Origin: a virus
Taxonomy: Duplodnaviria > Caudoviricetes
Reading direction: 5' to 3' (one strand)
IMG/VR virus record: IMGVR_UViG_3300030433_001537
Span: 1-29,634 of that record
Length of the DNA stretch: 29,634 nucleotides
The notes beneath the pieces are model-generated. The model was not told the origin of the DNA. It ran no database searches and worked only from the letters and a program-made list of their open reading frames with translations. This document shows, in pieces, positions 1 to 8,107 of the stretch (positions within the stretch are counted from its first letter, which is position 1; every line of letters begins with the position of its first letter). Position numbers and translations under genes: made by a program.

Positions 1-782
1 TCAAATACATAAGCATCATTCCACTTGTAGAGGTTTATGATAACTGAGGGATCTACAGAATATCCAAAATCAAGACCTCCACAAAGTAACCTAGCATCAT
101 CAGGTATTTTATCTATTGATTTCCAATCAGGAATACAAGCTCCTTCTAAGCTACCTATCTCTCCTAATCCATATACCTTCCACCAGTTTGCCCAGTATGT
201 AGATGTCTTAGCTTTGTGTTTAGCTTTCTCTATTTCTTTTACTATTGATTCAGGGAGGCTATCATTGTCCTTATAAGTAAGTGTAAGGAAGTCTGTATCA
301 TCTTGGCCTATCAGTTCTTTATCTACCCAAAACAAATTAGTAGGATTATAATCAAGCCATATATTATTGGAGGTTCTTATTGCTAATTGCTGATAGGAAT
401 CAAAGGTTACATTATTACACTCATTTAAAAATAGATCTGATCTTCTAGCTCCTCTAAGTTTATCAGGCTGATCTGTACTAAAGAACTCTAAATAACTACC
501 ATTATGAAATTCGTATTTTAAGGTACTTCTATTGTACTTTCTCTCATCATACCTATTCAAGGCCTTCAGGATGTTTAGAAAGTCTTTTAAAGCTCCTCTA
601 CGAAGATGAGGCACACTCTCTGACACCACACTAATCTCAGATCCTTTGTTTCTTATTGCATAGTCTATAAGGATTAGTAATATAGCTATTGTCTTACCTG
701 CTGAAGATCCTCCTCTAATTATCTTTATTCTGTTCTTTAGCTTTCTTAGTTTTTGGAGTGCTAAGGTTTTTTGAATTTGCAT
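1..782 (-). CDS. terL: Terminase large subunit (PBSX/SPP1-like), 3' end runs off the window
   Basis: Not in the ORF track because it has no stop. Manual translation from ATG at 782 (TAATG overlap with terS stop) gives MQIQKTLALQKLRKLKNRIKIIRGGSSAGKT (Walker A), DKLRGARRSDLFLNE (Walker B), WLDYNP (coupling motif), TYKDN and GLDFGYSVDP (start of nuclease domain). The frame is open to the edge. Confidence 0.95.
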   Translation of the reverse strand, partial: MQIQKTLALQKLRKLKNRIKIIRGGSSAGKTIAILLILIDYAIRNKGSEISVVSESVPHLRRGALKDFLNILKALNRYDERKYNRSTLKYEFHNGSYLEFFSTDQPDKLRGARRSDLFLNECNNVTFDSYQQLAIRTSNNIWLDYNPTNLFWVDKELIGQDDTDFLTLTYKDNDSLPESIVKEIEKAKHKAKTSTYWANWWKVYGLGEIGSLEGACIPDWKSIDKIPDDARLLCGGLDFGYSVDPSVIINLYKWNDAYVF

Positions 783-1021
783 TAATCTATAAATATAGGC
801 AGATCTTCGTTTATGTGAATATCTTTAGTTTCTTTAGGCCTACCTGCATAATAATTATAATAGAGTTGAACATATTTGAAATCTCCTTTTTTTAATCCTG
901 CCTCTAATGCTTCAAAGGCCAATGGCTCTAATGGAGTTAATTTCTCAATAAGATTTAACTCTTCAGATTTAGGTTTTCTACCTGCTCCCTTTCTTTTACC
1001 TCCTCTATTTTCTACTTTCAT
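782..1021 (-). CDS. terS: Probable terminase small subunit
   Basis: 79 aa with RGGKRKGAGRKPK N-terminus and YYAGRPKE motif, directly upstream of and coupled to terL. Confidence 0.7.
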   Translation of the reverse strand: MKVENRGGKRKGAGRKPKSEELNLIEKLTPLEPLAFEALEAGLKKGDFKYVQLYYNYYAGRPKETKDIHINEDLPIFID

Positions 1022-1033
1022 ATTTTGAAAAAC

Positions 1034-1047
1034 TTTGATTAATCAAA
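1034..1047. repeat. 14-bp perfect palindrome TTTGATTAATCAAA (operator-like)
   Basis: Lies between the CGTTAT motif (1051-1056) and the terS ATG (1021). Confidence 0.6.
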
Positions 1048-1050
1048 AAT

Positions 1051-1076
1051 ATAACGAAATTAATAAACTATTTTAC
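1051..1076 (-). promoter_or_regulatory. Putative phage late promoter (GTAAAAT-N13-CGTTAT) upstream of terS
   Basis: One of five intergenic copies of the motif. Confidence 0.6.
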
Positions 1077-1915
1077 AAACCACAATATCCACTATCACAT
1101 TCATTAAAATCATCTTTAAATAATTCCATTTGAGTTTCCCAGTTTTTTATTTGGCTATACCTCAAGTGATTTATCCACCCATCCCTTTTATCTCTATTCA
1201 TCTCTTGCTCTTCAAACCAACTCATTTTATCAGGATTTAATTGATACATTTTTTTTAATAATAATGGGCTTTTATGAAAACATCCTACACAATTATTCAT
1301 CCAAGCAAACCTAACTTTTTTATTATTCCAGTATTTATTTATTTGATCCTTGTATATGTTATCTTTTATTAGTGGAAATGTAGGCTTTTGCCATTCAATC
1401 ATTCCCCATTTATTTCTTGTTTTTCTTTTCCCTATTATTGTTTTCATTTCTAATAATCCATTATGATTTGTTTTTTCAAGCATCCTCTTAGCTCTGCTTT
1501 GTTCGTTAGCTCTAAAACCAATTCTAAATTCAGCAGGATCATTAAGAGTTTTTTGCCACCATTCAAAAATAGGAGTAAGTTTCAAATGTGTTGTGCAATA
1601 TCTATGTAATTTGTTTGGCAGCCATCCACCTTTAGTTTTAACTACTTCATCAAAAGTGATACCTGTAACCCAATGAATTTTTTGGCCTAAAAACTGTTCT
1701 AAATCTAAAATCGTATAAATTATAACATCATCCTCAGCAGTAGAAATAAAAGGTGCTTGTATTCTATCCTCTACAATTTTTCTAATTTTTTTATCTTTAA
1801 ATTTTGATTTTTGGTGTTCAGTTCTAACTAGAGAAAAAACATTAAAATCAGCAGGATAATGTGCAGCTATATATGCAGATGTTTTACCTCCACTAATACT
1901 ATTTACTGTTTTCAA
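1073..1915 (-). CDS. PAPS-reductase-family (PP-loop, Cys-rich) protein
   Basis: SISGGKTS PP-loop, RYCTTHLK, IGFRANEQSR, NCVGCF and C-terminal CDSGYCG. Confidence 0.8.
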   Translation of the reverse strand: MKTVNSISGGKTSAYIAAHYPADFNVFSLVRTEHQKSKFKDKKIRKIVEDRIQAPFISTAEDDVIIYTILDLEQFLGQKIHWVTGITFDEVVKTKGGWLPNKLHRYCTTHLKLTPIFEWWQKTLNDPAEFRIGFRANEQSRAKRMLEKTNHNGLLEMKTIIGKRKTRNKWGMIEWQKPTFPLIKDNIYKDQINKYWNNKKVRFAWMNNCVGCFHKSPLLLKKMYQLNPDKMSWFEEQEMNRDKRDGWINHLRYSQIKNWETQMELFKDDFNECDSGYCGL

Positions 1916-2189
1916 GTTCTTTTTCTAAATTTGCCAATGCTCTCCAAGCTACTTTAGCAGAGTGCCTCATACCATCTGTATCTATTTCTCCTGCCTCAAA
2001 CAAATGCCTAGTAAGAGCATCTAGCTCATCTGTACTCTTTGCTCTATCCCAATGCAATGGTTTATCAGGATGATGCTGCTCATTACCTATATAAGATACT
2101 CTAGCAACTTCAGCAAGTGCTTTAGGAAAGTATTTTATCAATCCTGTATATATAGGTATCTGTTTTCTTTTGTCTTTGTTTTTTTCCAT
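1899..2189 (-). CDS. DUF5664-like dATP/dGTP diphosphohydrolase domain protein
   Basis: YFPKALAEVARVSYIGNEQH, W, DALTRHL, DTDGMRHSAKVAWRALA pattern. Start moved to the second Met (2189, TAATG overlap); the track start is 2216. Confidence 0.7.
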   Translation of the reverse strand: MEKNKDKRKQIPIYTGLIKYFPKALAEVARVSYIGNEQHHPDKPLHWDRAKSTDELDALTRHLFEAGEIDTDGMRHSAKVAWRALANLEKELENSK

Positions 2190-2647
2190 TATAATACTTT
2201 TTCTTTCCACTCCCATTCCTTTTTCATCATATCTATCTTCTCTTTTACTTGTTCTTTTTTGTTTTCAGGAATATCTGTTACAAGTTTTACTAAAGGATCT
2301 TCTAATTTCTTTTTGAGATTAGTGCATTTAGTTTCTAACATCTCTACTTTATCTATCTGATCCTGATCCTCCTCTTCAAACTGAAACTGGTTAAGAATGT
2401 TTATTACATCCTGATTTGTCTTATATATATACCACTTCCTATAACTGTTTATTAAGGTAGCGTGATTTACAGGCCATCCTTGAGATCTATAAAACTTCTC
2501 CATCTTTTGCCATCTCATTTTTAATTTATCTCTAAGTATGTAACATAGTAATCCTCTATGTTCTATTATATTCTGTTTCCTTGATTTCTCAAAGAGATCT
2601 AATCCTGATAATTCAGAGATTTTATTAGCTATATCTATTGCCTTCAT
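2189..2647 (-). CDS. DnaA C-terminal (domain IV)-like HTH protein with coiled-coil tail
   Basis: LFEKSRKQNIIEHRGLLCYILR...NHATLINS resembles the DnaA-C SR...R...Y...DHTTV pattern. Start moved to 2647 (ATGA overlap). Confidence 0.65.
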   Translation of the reverse strand: MKAIDIANKISELSGLDLFEKSRKQNIIEHRGLLCYILRDKLKMRWQKMEKFYRSQGWPVNHATLINSYRKWYIYKTNQDVINILNQFQFEEEDQDQIDKVEMLETKCTNLKKKLEDPLVKLVTDIPENKKEQVKEKIDMMKKEWEWKEKVL

Positions 2648-3354
2648 ATTCTTAATTTTAATAAATGATAACATTCTGAAAATTTTTCTTTGGCTTTGCT
2701 CTTGTATTCTTGTTTGAATAATTCATATAATCTTTTGGTATATTGATATTTACTTTGGCATCCTTTGTAATATTTCTTTGCAAATGCCTTACCCTTACCC
2801 TTGAAATAATTTACATTATCAGCAGTATCTCCTACAATACATTGCTCATAAAAATTATACAAGGCCTGATCTTCTGTTATATCATATACTTCTTTCCTTA
2901 CATAATTATATATAAGTGCAGGAAATTGTTTATAATCTTTATCTATTGATACTATTAGTACCTGATCTCTACCTGAATCATTCTTTATTTTGTTCCATTG
3001 TTGAGCTACAAGATCATCTGTTTCTAGTCCTTTAGTATGTACACTATTATAAGTGTCTTTTACAAACTGGTGCAACTCATAAAGTAAAGGAGGTTTCTCT
3101 TGTTTTTTTCTGTTTGCCTTATATGTAGGGGTAATCATCTTTCTAAAGTTACCTGAAGATCCTGAGAATGTTATTACATTTTTTACATCAAATATCTCAT
3201 CTATATCATTTACAATCTTCATAAATTGCTCTGAGTATTTATCTTGAGCATCTTTAATATCTCTATAATATATATCATCAGGTTTTTCTCCATCTATTCT
3301 AGTTCTATAACAACTCGCAAATATAAGTGAATCTGCATCAAATAATATTGTCAT
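2644..3354 (-). CDS. 5'-3' exonuclease / flap endonuclease (T7 gp6/T5 D15-like)
   Basis: LFDADS, FRK..TPTYKANR, ETDD, SIDKDYKQ and GDTADNV..KGKG (H3TH) motifs. Confidence 0.9.
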   Translation of the reverse strand: MTILFDADSLIFASCYRTRIDGEKPDDIYYRDIKDAQDKYSEQFMKIVNDIDEIFDVKNVITFSGSSGNFRKMITPTYKANRKKQEKPPLLYELHQFVKDTYNSVHTKGLETDDLVAQQWNKIKNDSGRDQVLIVSIDKDYKQFPALIYNYVRKEVYDITEDQALYNFYEQCIVGDTADNVNYFKGKGKAFAKKYYKGCQSKYQYTKRLYELFKQEYKSKAKEKFSECYHLLKLRI

Positions 3355-3559
3355 ATATGATATATAATAATGTTAGTAATAATCCTATGATACTAAAGCA
3401 GGTAAGTTTCATAGTTTCTGTATATTTTTTATCAGATCTACCTTGCCTACTTCTATATTGTCTAGGCTTATCTACTTTAATTTTGTGTATTTTGCTTTGC
3501 ATTTTTATATATCCTTTTTCTCTAAAATAGTTATGATTTAAATATTGTAGATAATTCAT
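3338..3559 (-). CDS. Small basic protein with C-terminal transmembrane segment
   Basis: RQYRSRQGRS basic motif followed by hydrophobic CFSIIGLLLTLLYIIY; overlaps both neighbours. Confidence 0.6.
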   Translation of the reverse strand: MNYLQYLNHNYFREKGYIKMQSKIHKIKVDKPRQYRSRQGRSDKKYTETMKLTCFSIIGLLLTLLYIIYDNII

Positions 3560-3669
3560 TGCTTTTTTAGAAGTTTTATCTGCTTTTCTATCAACTTTAT
3601 TTTTTCCTTTCTGATTCTTTTCTTTTCTTTTTTTCTAAAGTATTCAAATGTTTCATTACTTATTGCCAT
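3556..3669 (-). CDS. Small basic hypothetical protein (37 aa, not in track)
   Basis: MAISNETFEYFRKKEKKRIRKEKIKLIEKQIKLLKKQ*; ATGA overlap with the next gene; A-rich start context. Confidence 0.55.
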   Translation of the reverse strand: MAISNETFEYFRKKEKKRIRKEKIKLIEKQIKLLKKQ

Positions 3670-3709
3670 AATTTTTTCTTTACAAGATACAAAATTATTA
3701 ACAAATAAT

Positions 3710-4126
3710 TTAATTAGTATTCAAGTTTATTCTAGAGGCCATATTTTCTTTCAGGAGATATACTTGCTTTTTTATCTTTTTACTATTCCAAATAGTAGTA
3801 GAGGGGCAATATAATTCAGTAGGTTCAGGCATATCTATCTTATCTAACCAAAACATATAATTAGCTTTAGGATCATTTACAAAATATATCTTGATAATGT
3901 CATCAGGTAGCTCCATAAGTTTATCATACTTATATTTCTCAAGTAGTTTTTCTTCATAGTATTTATCTCTAAACTTCATCTCTATAACTACCTTTCTATT
4001 ATACATACTATATCCTTCAGCATCCCAACTCTTATCCTCTTTACCTACCCATTCAAGATCCCATCCCAAAACATTAAGCAGCATAGTTACTGCCCTTTCC
4101 CATTTATGTACCTCGCTAATCTCCAT
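3710..4126 (-). CDS. PD-(D/E)XK-family nuclease-like protein
   Basis: E...WDAEG...VVIEMKFR motif. Confidence 0.6.
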   Translation of the reverse strand: MEISEVHKWERAVTMLLNVLGWDLEWVGKEDKSWDAEGYSMYNRKVVIEMKFRDKYYEEKLLEKYKYDKLMELPDDIIKIYFVNDPKANYMFWLDKIDMPEPTELYCPSTTIWNSKKIKKQVYLLKENMASRINLNTN

Positions 4127-4328
4127 TATCCCAAATCTTATTCAAGTCTTTTATCCATTGTTGGATTTGTTTTGGATTACAGGTGCAAGGTAAGTAAAAG
4201 CTATGGTTGTAGTAGGATGAGTGCAGCTCTGATACCATTTGAAATTCATCTCTTGATAAGAATGATTTTTTACCCATTCTAAATTTTTCCCATTTTTTTC
4301 TATCATCTTTATTAAATTTAACTACCAT
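4116..4328 (-). CDS. Hypothetical protein with H..PCTC motif
   Basis: 70 aa, ELHS...PCTCNPK; overlaps both neighbours. Confidence 0.65.
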   Translation of the reverse strand: MVVKFNKDDRKKWEKFRMGKKSFLSRDEFQMVSELHSSYYNHSFYLPCTCNPKQIQQWIKDLNKIWDNGD

Positions 4329-4480
4329 CTTTTTATTTTAATTTTATTTAGGCTTTGTTTTCTTTCCTCACATCCACAATCTTCATATCCTAGTTTGTTT
4401 GCTATCCAAGATGCTATTCTTTTACCCTGCCCAAATGTGATTACACTTATTATTTTTTCAGTAAGATCTCCAAGTTTCAT
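4322..4480 (-). CDS. Hypothetical protein with LGD...DCGC motif (52 aa, not in track)
   Basis: MKLGDLTEKIISVITFGQGKRIASWIANKLGYEDCGCEERKQSLNKIKIKRW*; ATGA overlap with the sigma gene stop. Confidence 0.7.
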   Translation of the reverse strand: MKLGDLTEKIISVITFGQGKRIASWIANKLGYEDCGCEERKQSLNKIKIKRW

Positions 4481-4956
4481 ATTATTTGTTTTAATTTATC
4501 TACCACTTTTTTATATGTATTATAAAGAGAGTAGTAAGGTATTCCTGATTTTCTAGATAATTCTGCTATTGATGTACCTGAGTTTACTATCTCAAATACC
4601 TTTTTATTATACCAATACATTTTATCTAGCTGATCCTGTATCTGTTTATACTTATCATCATAATTAACATAAGTATCAGATTTCTTGTATTCAGTTAGGT
4701 TTCTTACTATTGTTACTTTCTTTTTTTTCCTATACAGATCTATAAACATACTTCTAAGAGTTTTGAATATATAGTAATAGTTTATCTCATCATTGTAAGA
4801 TATATCTAATTTGTCATTCTCTATTTTAAGTTGGATTTTTATATACATCTCCTGAGTAAGATCCTTAGCAGTTTCTTCATCTAAACCAAAGGATTTACAG
4901 ATCTCAATCCAATCATTATTTTTTTGGAATAACAATTCCATATATTTTTTACTCAT
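4477..4956 (-). CDS. ECF-like RNA polymerase sigma factor
   Basis: Region-2-like AKDLTQEMYIKI...YIFKTLRSMFIDLYRKKK and region-4 HTH SIAELSRKSGIPYYSLYNTYKK; 159 aa. Confidence 0.8.
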   Translation of the reverse strand: MSKKYMELLFQKNNDWIEICKSFGLDEETAKDLTQEMYIKIQLKIENDKLDISYNDEINYYYIFKTLRSMFIDLYRKKKKVTIVRNLTEYKKSDTYVNYDDKYKQIQDQLDKMYWYNKKVFEIVNSGTSIAELSRKSGIPYYSLYNTYKKVVDKLKQII

Positions 4957-4961
4957 AAGCT

Positions 4962-5774
4962 CTATGCTAAAGGATCATATAGATCATTTACATAAGGTAG
5001 CCCAAGTTCATTTACTGTAAAGCTAAATGTTTCAAAAGAGTAGTTTCTACTTCTTTTGCATTTAACTGTAACCCATTCTTTGTTTACTGTATTCTGTTCA
5101 AGTTGTATTTCTGTTTCTACCTTTTTCATTAAGGCAGAACCTAGATGGCCAGTTGCTTTTTCAGATCCATAGTTACTATGAATAACTGTTATGATATGGC
5201 AGCAATACTTTGCACTCCATTCCATAAGTTTCTGTACTGTATAGTTAGCCTCCTCTAACGAATTGACATCCATACAAAGATCAGCTATACCATCTATTAT
5301 AACTAATCCTATATTGTCTTTTGTCTTTAAACAATACTCTATAAATTCTATTCTTGTTTTTGGAAATTCAGATCTGAGGCTATAAATATAATAACATCCT
5401 AGAGATTTATCACTCATATCTACTATTCTTTTTGCTACTCTCTGAGTATGCCAAGCTCCTTGCTCTGTATCAAAATGTATTAAACATCTTCCATTTCTAT
5501 GCCCTCTTATCTTAGATCCAAATCTATTTTTACCACTAAGATATACTGATGCAAGTAACGATATAAAAAAAGTTTTCTTACTTTTTGGAGGAGCTTGTAC
5601 CATTGTTATATTTGAGTAGGTACATATAGGAATAGGTAAGAGCTGATCTCCTTTACTGGATTTAATTAATTTTTCTCCTAATGATAGTGCTACTGGAGGA
5701 TATGATAATTCTTCTGATGTACTTATAAAGCAGCTCTTCTCTAATTGCTGCATTTTCTTTTGGTTTGTTTGCAT
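4962..5774 (-). CDS. RecA-fold AAA ATPase, probable RepA/DnaB-like (SF4) helicase
   Basis: Variant Walker A APPKSKKT, HFDTEQ, Walker B LVIIDG, ITVIH, GHLGS, and KRSRN arginine finger. Confidence 0.8.
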   Translation of the reverse strand: MQTNQKKMQQLEKSCFISTSEELSYPPVALSLGEKLIKSSKGDQLLPIPICTYSNITMVQAPPKSKKTFFISLLASVYLSGKNRFGSKIRGHRNGRCLIHFDTEQGAWHTQRVAKRIVDMSDKSLGCYYIYSLRSEFPKTRIEFIEYCLKTKDNIGLVIIDGIADLCMDVNSLEEANYTVQKLMEWSAKYCCHIITVIHSNYGSEKATGHLGSALMKKVETEIQLEQNTVNKEWVTVKCKRSRNYSFETFSFTVNELGLPYVNDLYDPLA

Positions 5775-5784
5775 AAATAAATAT

Positions 5785-5821
5785 AAAAAAAAAAGAGGGC
5801 AAGATATACATCTTTACCCTC
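5785..5821 (-). terminator. Intrinsic terminator after ssb
   Basis: Minus strand GAGGGTAAAGAT-gtat-ATCTTGCCCTC followed by T10. Confidence 0.8.
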
Positions 5822-5848
5822 CTACTAATGAAAAAACTATACTTTTTC

Positions 5849-6184
5849 TTAGAATGGCAAGGCCTCTTCAGTATCTTTACTTTTAGCAAATCCCCAAGAT
5901 TTATCAATCTCAAATTTATCTCCCTCTACTGTAGCTATATTAGTTACATCTAGATAGATACCATTAAACCATTCTTTAGGAGTTTTATTTTTTCTCTCAT
6001 CAGCAGTTTGTGGTTTTGAAAAAGATCCAAAGTTTCTACCACCATTATCAAATATTTTAGGATCATCTAAATTTATTCTTAGATCCATATTTAAAAATGT
6101 ACCAGTTTTTGTTTTTACAAAATACTGTTTGGGTAACTTCTCTACATTGAGAGATATGTTACCATAAATAATTCTTTTACTCAT
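5849..6184 (-). CDS. ssb: Probable single-stranded DNA-binding protein
   Basis: Beta-rich 111 aa with acidic C-terminal DTEEALPF tail; follows the SSAP gene. Confidence 0.6.
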   Translation of the reverse strand: MSKRIIYGNISLNVEKLPKQYFVKTKTGTFLNMDLRINLDDPKIFDNGGRNFGSFSKPQTADERKNKTPKEWFNGIYLDVTNIATVEGDKFEIDKSWGFAKSKDTEEALPF

Positions 6185-6188
6185 AATT

Positions 6189-6677
6189 TTAATTTATTTT
6201 TTGTAACTCTAATTTAGTGAATTTATCTAACTTAAAATGTTCTTCTACTTTATTTATAGTGATTTCATTTTGTTTTAACTTCTCAGCTATCTTTCTATAT
6301 TTATCACTATCAAATTTAAGAACCTCTTTTTGATTAGCTATAGCATTTTGTACTTCTTCTGCTGATGCTACTGAAGTATCTAAACCTATACCTAAATTAC
6401 CTAAAGCTCTACCCCAAGATGAGGTTTCGCAATTCTCTACATAACTTGTTTTATTTATAAATGTAGATCCTTTTATTTCTTCAGCTAGTCCAGTAGCAAC
6501 TGCTACTCCATTCTCATTCCTTATTGTAGTAAGTATAAGAATACTATCAGGAGTTTTTTCTATAACTTCTGATGTTAAAGTATGATTTGGATAATGAGAT
6601 CTAAAATATTTTAATCTCTCATTTACTTCTACATACTCTTTACCTTTTATATTAATAGTTTTTAATTTCTGATTCAT
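6189..6677 (-). CDS. Single-strand annealing protein (Rad52/Erf-like)
   Basis: IKGKEYVEVNERL...ATGLAEE...ENCETSSWGRAL...ASAEEV pattern; adjacent to ssb and helicase. Confidence 0.65.
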   Translation of the reverse strand: MNQKLKTINIKGKEYVEVNERLKYFRSHYPNHTLTSEVIEKTPDSILILTTIRNENGVAVATGLAEEIKGSTFINKTSYVENCETSSWGRALGNLGIGLDTSVASAEEVQNAIANQKEVLKFDSDKYRKIAEKLKQNEITINKVEEHFKLDKFTKLELQKIN

Positions 6678-6840
6678 ATCTTAGTTTTTCTAGTTTAATT
6701 GTTAATTCTTCTATTTTCTCATCCTTCTGTTTACAAAGGGATTTATATTTATCTGCTTCTCTTTTATTGTATTCATAAGCCTTTGTTAAAGCTATGATTT
6801 GTTTATCTCCTTTTATGTATGGCCAATCTTTATGTTTCAT
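6652..6840 (-). CDS. Hypothetical coiled-coil protein
   Basis: 62 aa, overlaps both neighbours. Confidence 0.55.
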   Translation of the reverse strand: MKHKDWPYIKGDKQIIALTKAYEYNKREADKYKSLCKQKDEKIEELTIKLEKLRYESEIKNY

Positions 6841-7142
6841 TTTTCAAAAATATTATTACCATATATAAGATCATCTACAGTTACATCTGAAGTCCATACA
6901 TCTATCATAGAATATAAAACCTTTATATCTAGAATAGTGAGATCCATATAACTTAATGTGTTTTTAAGTTTGTCTTTAATAGCAGATGCTGATGTCCAGT
7001 TTTCTACTTGCTTATCAAGAGCTTCTTTATATTGAGGCTTTAACCTATCATATAAATTTAAAACAGGATAAGGTTTTTCTATAATATAACCTGATTCTGT
7101 ACCTGATATTATATCTTCAGGATTTAAAAATGGATTGTTCAT
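6837..7142 (-). CDS. Hypothetical protein, first gene of the replication operon
   Basis: 101 aa downstream of a host-type promoter. Confidence 0.7.
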   Translation of the reverse strand: MNNPFLNPEDIISGTESGYIIEKPYPVLNLYDRLKPQYKEALDKQVENWTSASAIKDKLKNTLSYMDLTILDIKVLYSMIDVWTSDVTVDDLIYGNNIFEK

Positions 7143-7169
7143 ATATCTAAAGTTTAATTATAATTTACA

Positions 7170-7199
7170 TAAAGATATTAAATTTTTTGTGAAAAACAA
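7170..7199 (-). promoter_or_regulatory. Bacteroidota-type housekeeping promoter (TTG-N19-TATCTTTA)
   Basis: Matches -33 TTG / -7 TAnnTTTG with one mismatch and a 19-nt spacer; heads the recombination/replication genes. Confidence 0.55.
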
Positions 7200-7210
7200 T
7201 AGGCAAGGGC

Positions 7211-7245
7211 AAAAAAAAAGGATTAAAATTAATTAACCCTCTTTT
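7211..7245 (-). terminator. Intrinsic terminator after ninG-like gene
   Basis: Minus strand AAAAGAGGGTTAA...TTAATCC followed by T9 (stem includes G-U pairs). Confidence 0.65.
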
Positions 7246-7283
7246 AAACCAAAGACAAAATGAACAGAACTAATCAAAATTAA

Positions 7284-7685
7284 TTATTTATCCATTAAGT
7301 CAATAAATTCTTTATATCTATTTATTAACGAAACTAGGTCATCATTTGATAACTTTACAGATTGTTTACTTTCCTGTAACAATTCTTGGGCTATATCGTA
7401 GCCATATTCTTTGTTAAGATTTAGAGCAAATTGGTATTGCATACCTTGATTTCCTACATTACAGGAATAGCATTGAGGTTTAGCATTTGTTTCTTTCCAC
7501 CTAGTTATATAATGCCTTCTTGATATAAAATGGCCACATTGCATATAATCTTTATAATGTCTTTTAGTGTTACAAGTATAACATTTAACATTACCATATT
7601 TATCTGCTGATTTTAACCTAATATATAAAGAGAATAAGGTATCTAATTTTTTAACTAGATATTTTCTACTAGGTTTTTTAGGCAT
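7284..7685 (-). CDS. ninG: NinG/Rap-like HNH recombination endonuclease
   Basis: LDTLFSLYIR, CYTC, QCGHFISR, RW...N..PQCYSCN motifs. Confidence 0.85.
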   Translation of the reverse strand: MPKKPSRKYLVKKLDTLFSLYIRLKSADKYGNVKCYTCNTKRHYKDYMQCGHFISRRHYITRWKETNAKPQCYSCNVGNQGMQYQFALNLNKEYGYDIAQELLQESKQSVKLSNDDLVSLINRYKEFIDLMDK

Positions 7686-7921
7686 TACTTATCCTGAGCT
7701 TGTAAGAATTTATTACCTATTTCTTGATTGATTTTTGAGATAGCTTTATATATATATCTACTATTTTTTCTAATATTGTTTTTTTCAGTTTTAGTTATAT
7801 TAGATCCTATATTATTAGCTATATAATTAGATTCAATCTCTAGTAATCTATCTATTTTATCTCTACTCTTAATAGTTTTATATCCTACTATTTTATCTAT
7901 TGTATCTGTATTAAAACTCAT
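7685..7921 (-). CDS. Hypothetical protein
   Basis: 78 aa, coupled to ninG, preceded by a CGTTAT motif. Confidence 0.7.
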   Translation of the reverse strand: MSFNTDTIDKIVGYKTIKSRDKIDRLLEIESNYIANNIGSNITKTEKNNIRKNSRYIYKAISKINQEIGNKFLQAQDK

Positions 7922-7934
7922 AATGTTTATAAAT

Positions 7935-7960
7935 ATAACGATTTATTAACTTATATTTTG
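7935..7960 (-). promoter_or_regulatory. Putative phage late promoter (CAAAAT-N14-CGTTAT)
   Basis: Motif copy 13 nt upstream of the ATG at 7921. Confidence 0.65.
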
Positions 7961-8034
7961 AAAACAAAGAAAAGAAAAAAGAAAAAGGACAAAAAGAAAA
8001 AAGAAAAGAAAAATCCCCCCCAAAAAAAAGAAAC
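7961..8034. repeat. Purine-rich A-tract region with a C7 run (T-rich and G7 on the transcribed strand)
   Basis: AAAG/AAAAAG-type repeats across ~70 bp; CCCCCCC at 8015-8021. Confidence 0.8.
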
Positions 8035-8044
8035 AATATTATTT

Positions 8045-8107
8045 ACAAGATCCAACAGGAGTGATTACCTGAAGTTTAGCAACTTGAACTGATTTGCGAC
8101 AGTTGAG
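8045..8107 (-). ncRNA. Candidate structured small RNA / origin element with three abutting hairpins
   Basis: Stems CAGG(8056-59)/CCTG(8068-71), AAGTT(8072-76)/AACTT(8081-85) and AACTG(8087-91)/CAGTT(8100-04), directly downstream of TATATTTG; no ORF. Confidence 0.4.

Noticed and set aside
1899-2189. 2-aminoadenine (Z-genome) pathway
   Set aside because: A DUF5664-like hydrolase alone is insufficient; no PurZ or dedicated polymerase is present in the window.
3556-3669. Programmed frameshift joining the 37-aa ORF to 3338-3559 through the A-runs
   Set aside because: Careful translation gives a clean ORF ending in an ATGA overlap, which ordinary translational coupling explains.
3682-3704. Host-type promoter TATCTTGT upstream of 3669
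   Set aside because: Imperfect -7 match and the nearby TTG is at the wrong spacing; too weak in AT-rich DNA.
5662-5913. 83-aa minus-strand ORF spanning the ssb end and helicase start
   Set aside because: Overlaps two real genes out of frame and runs through an intrinsic terminator.
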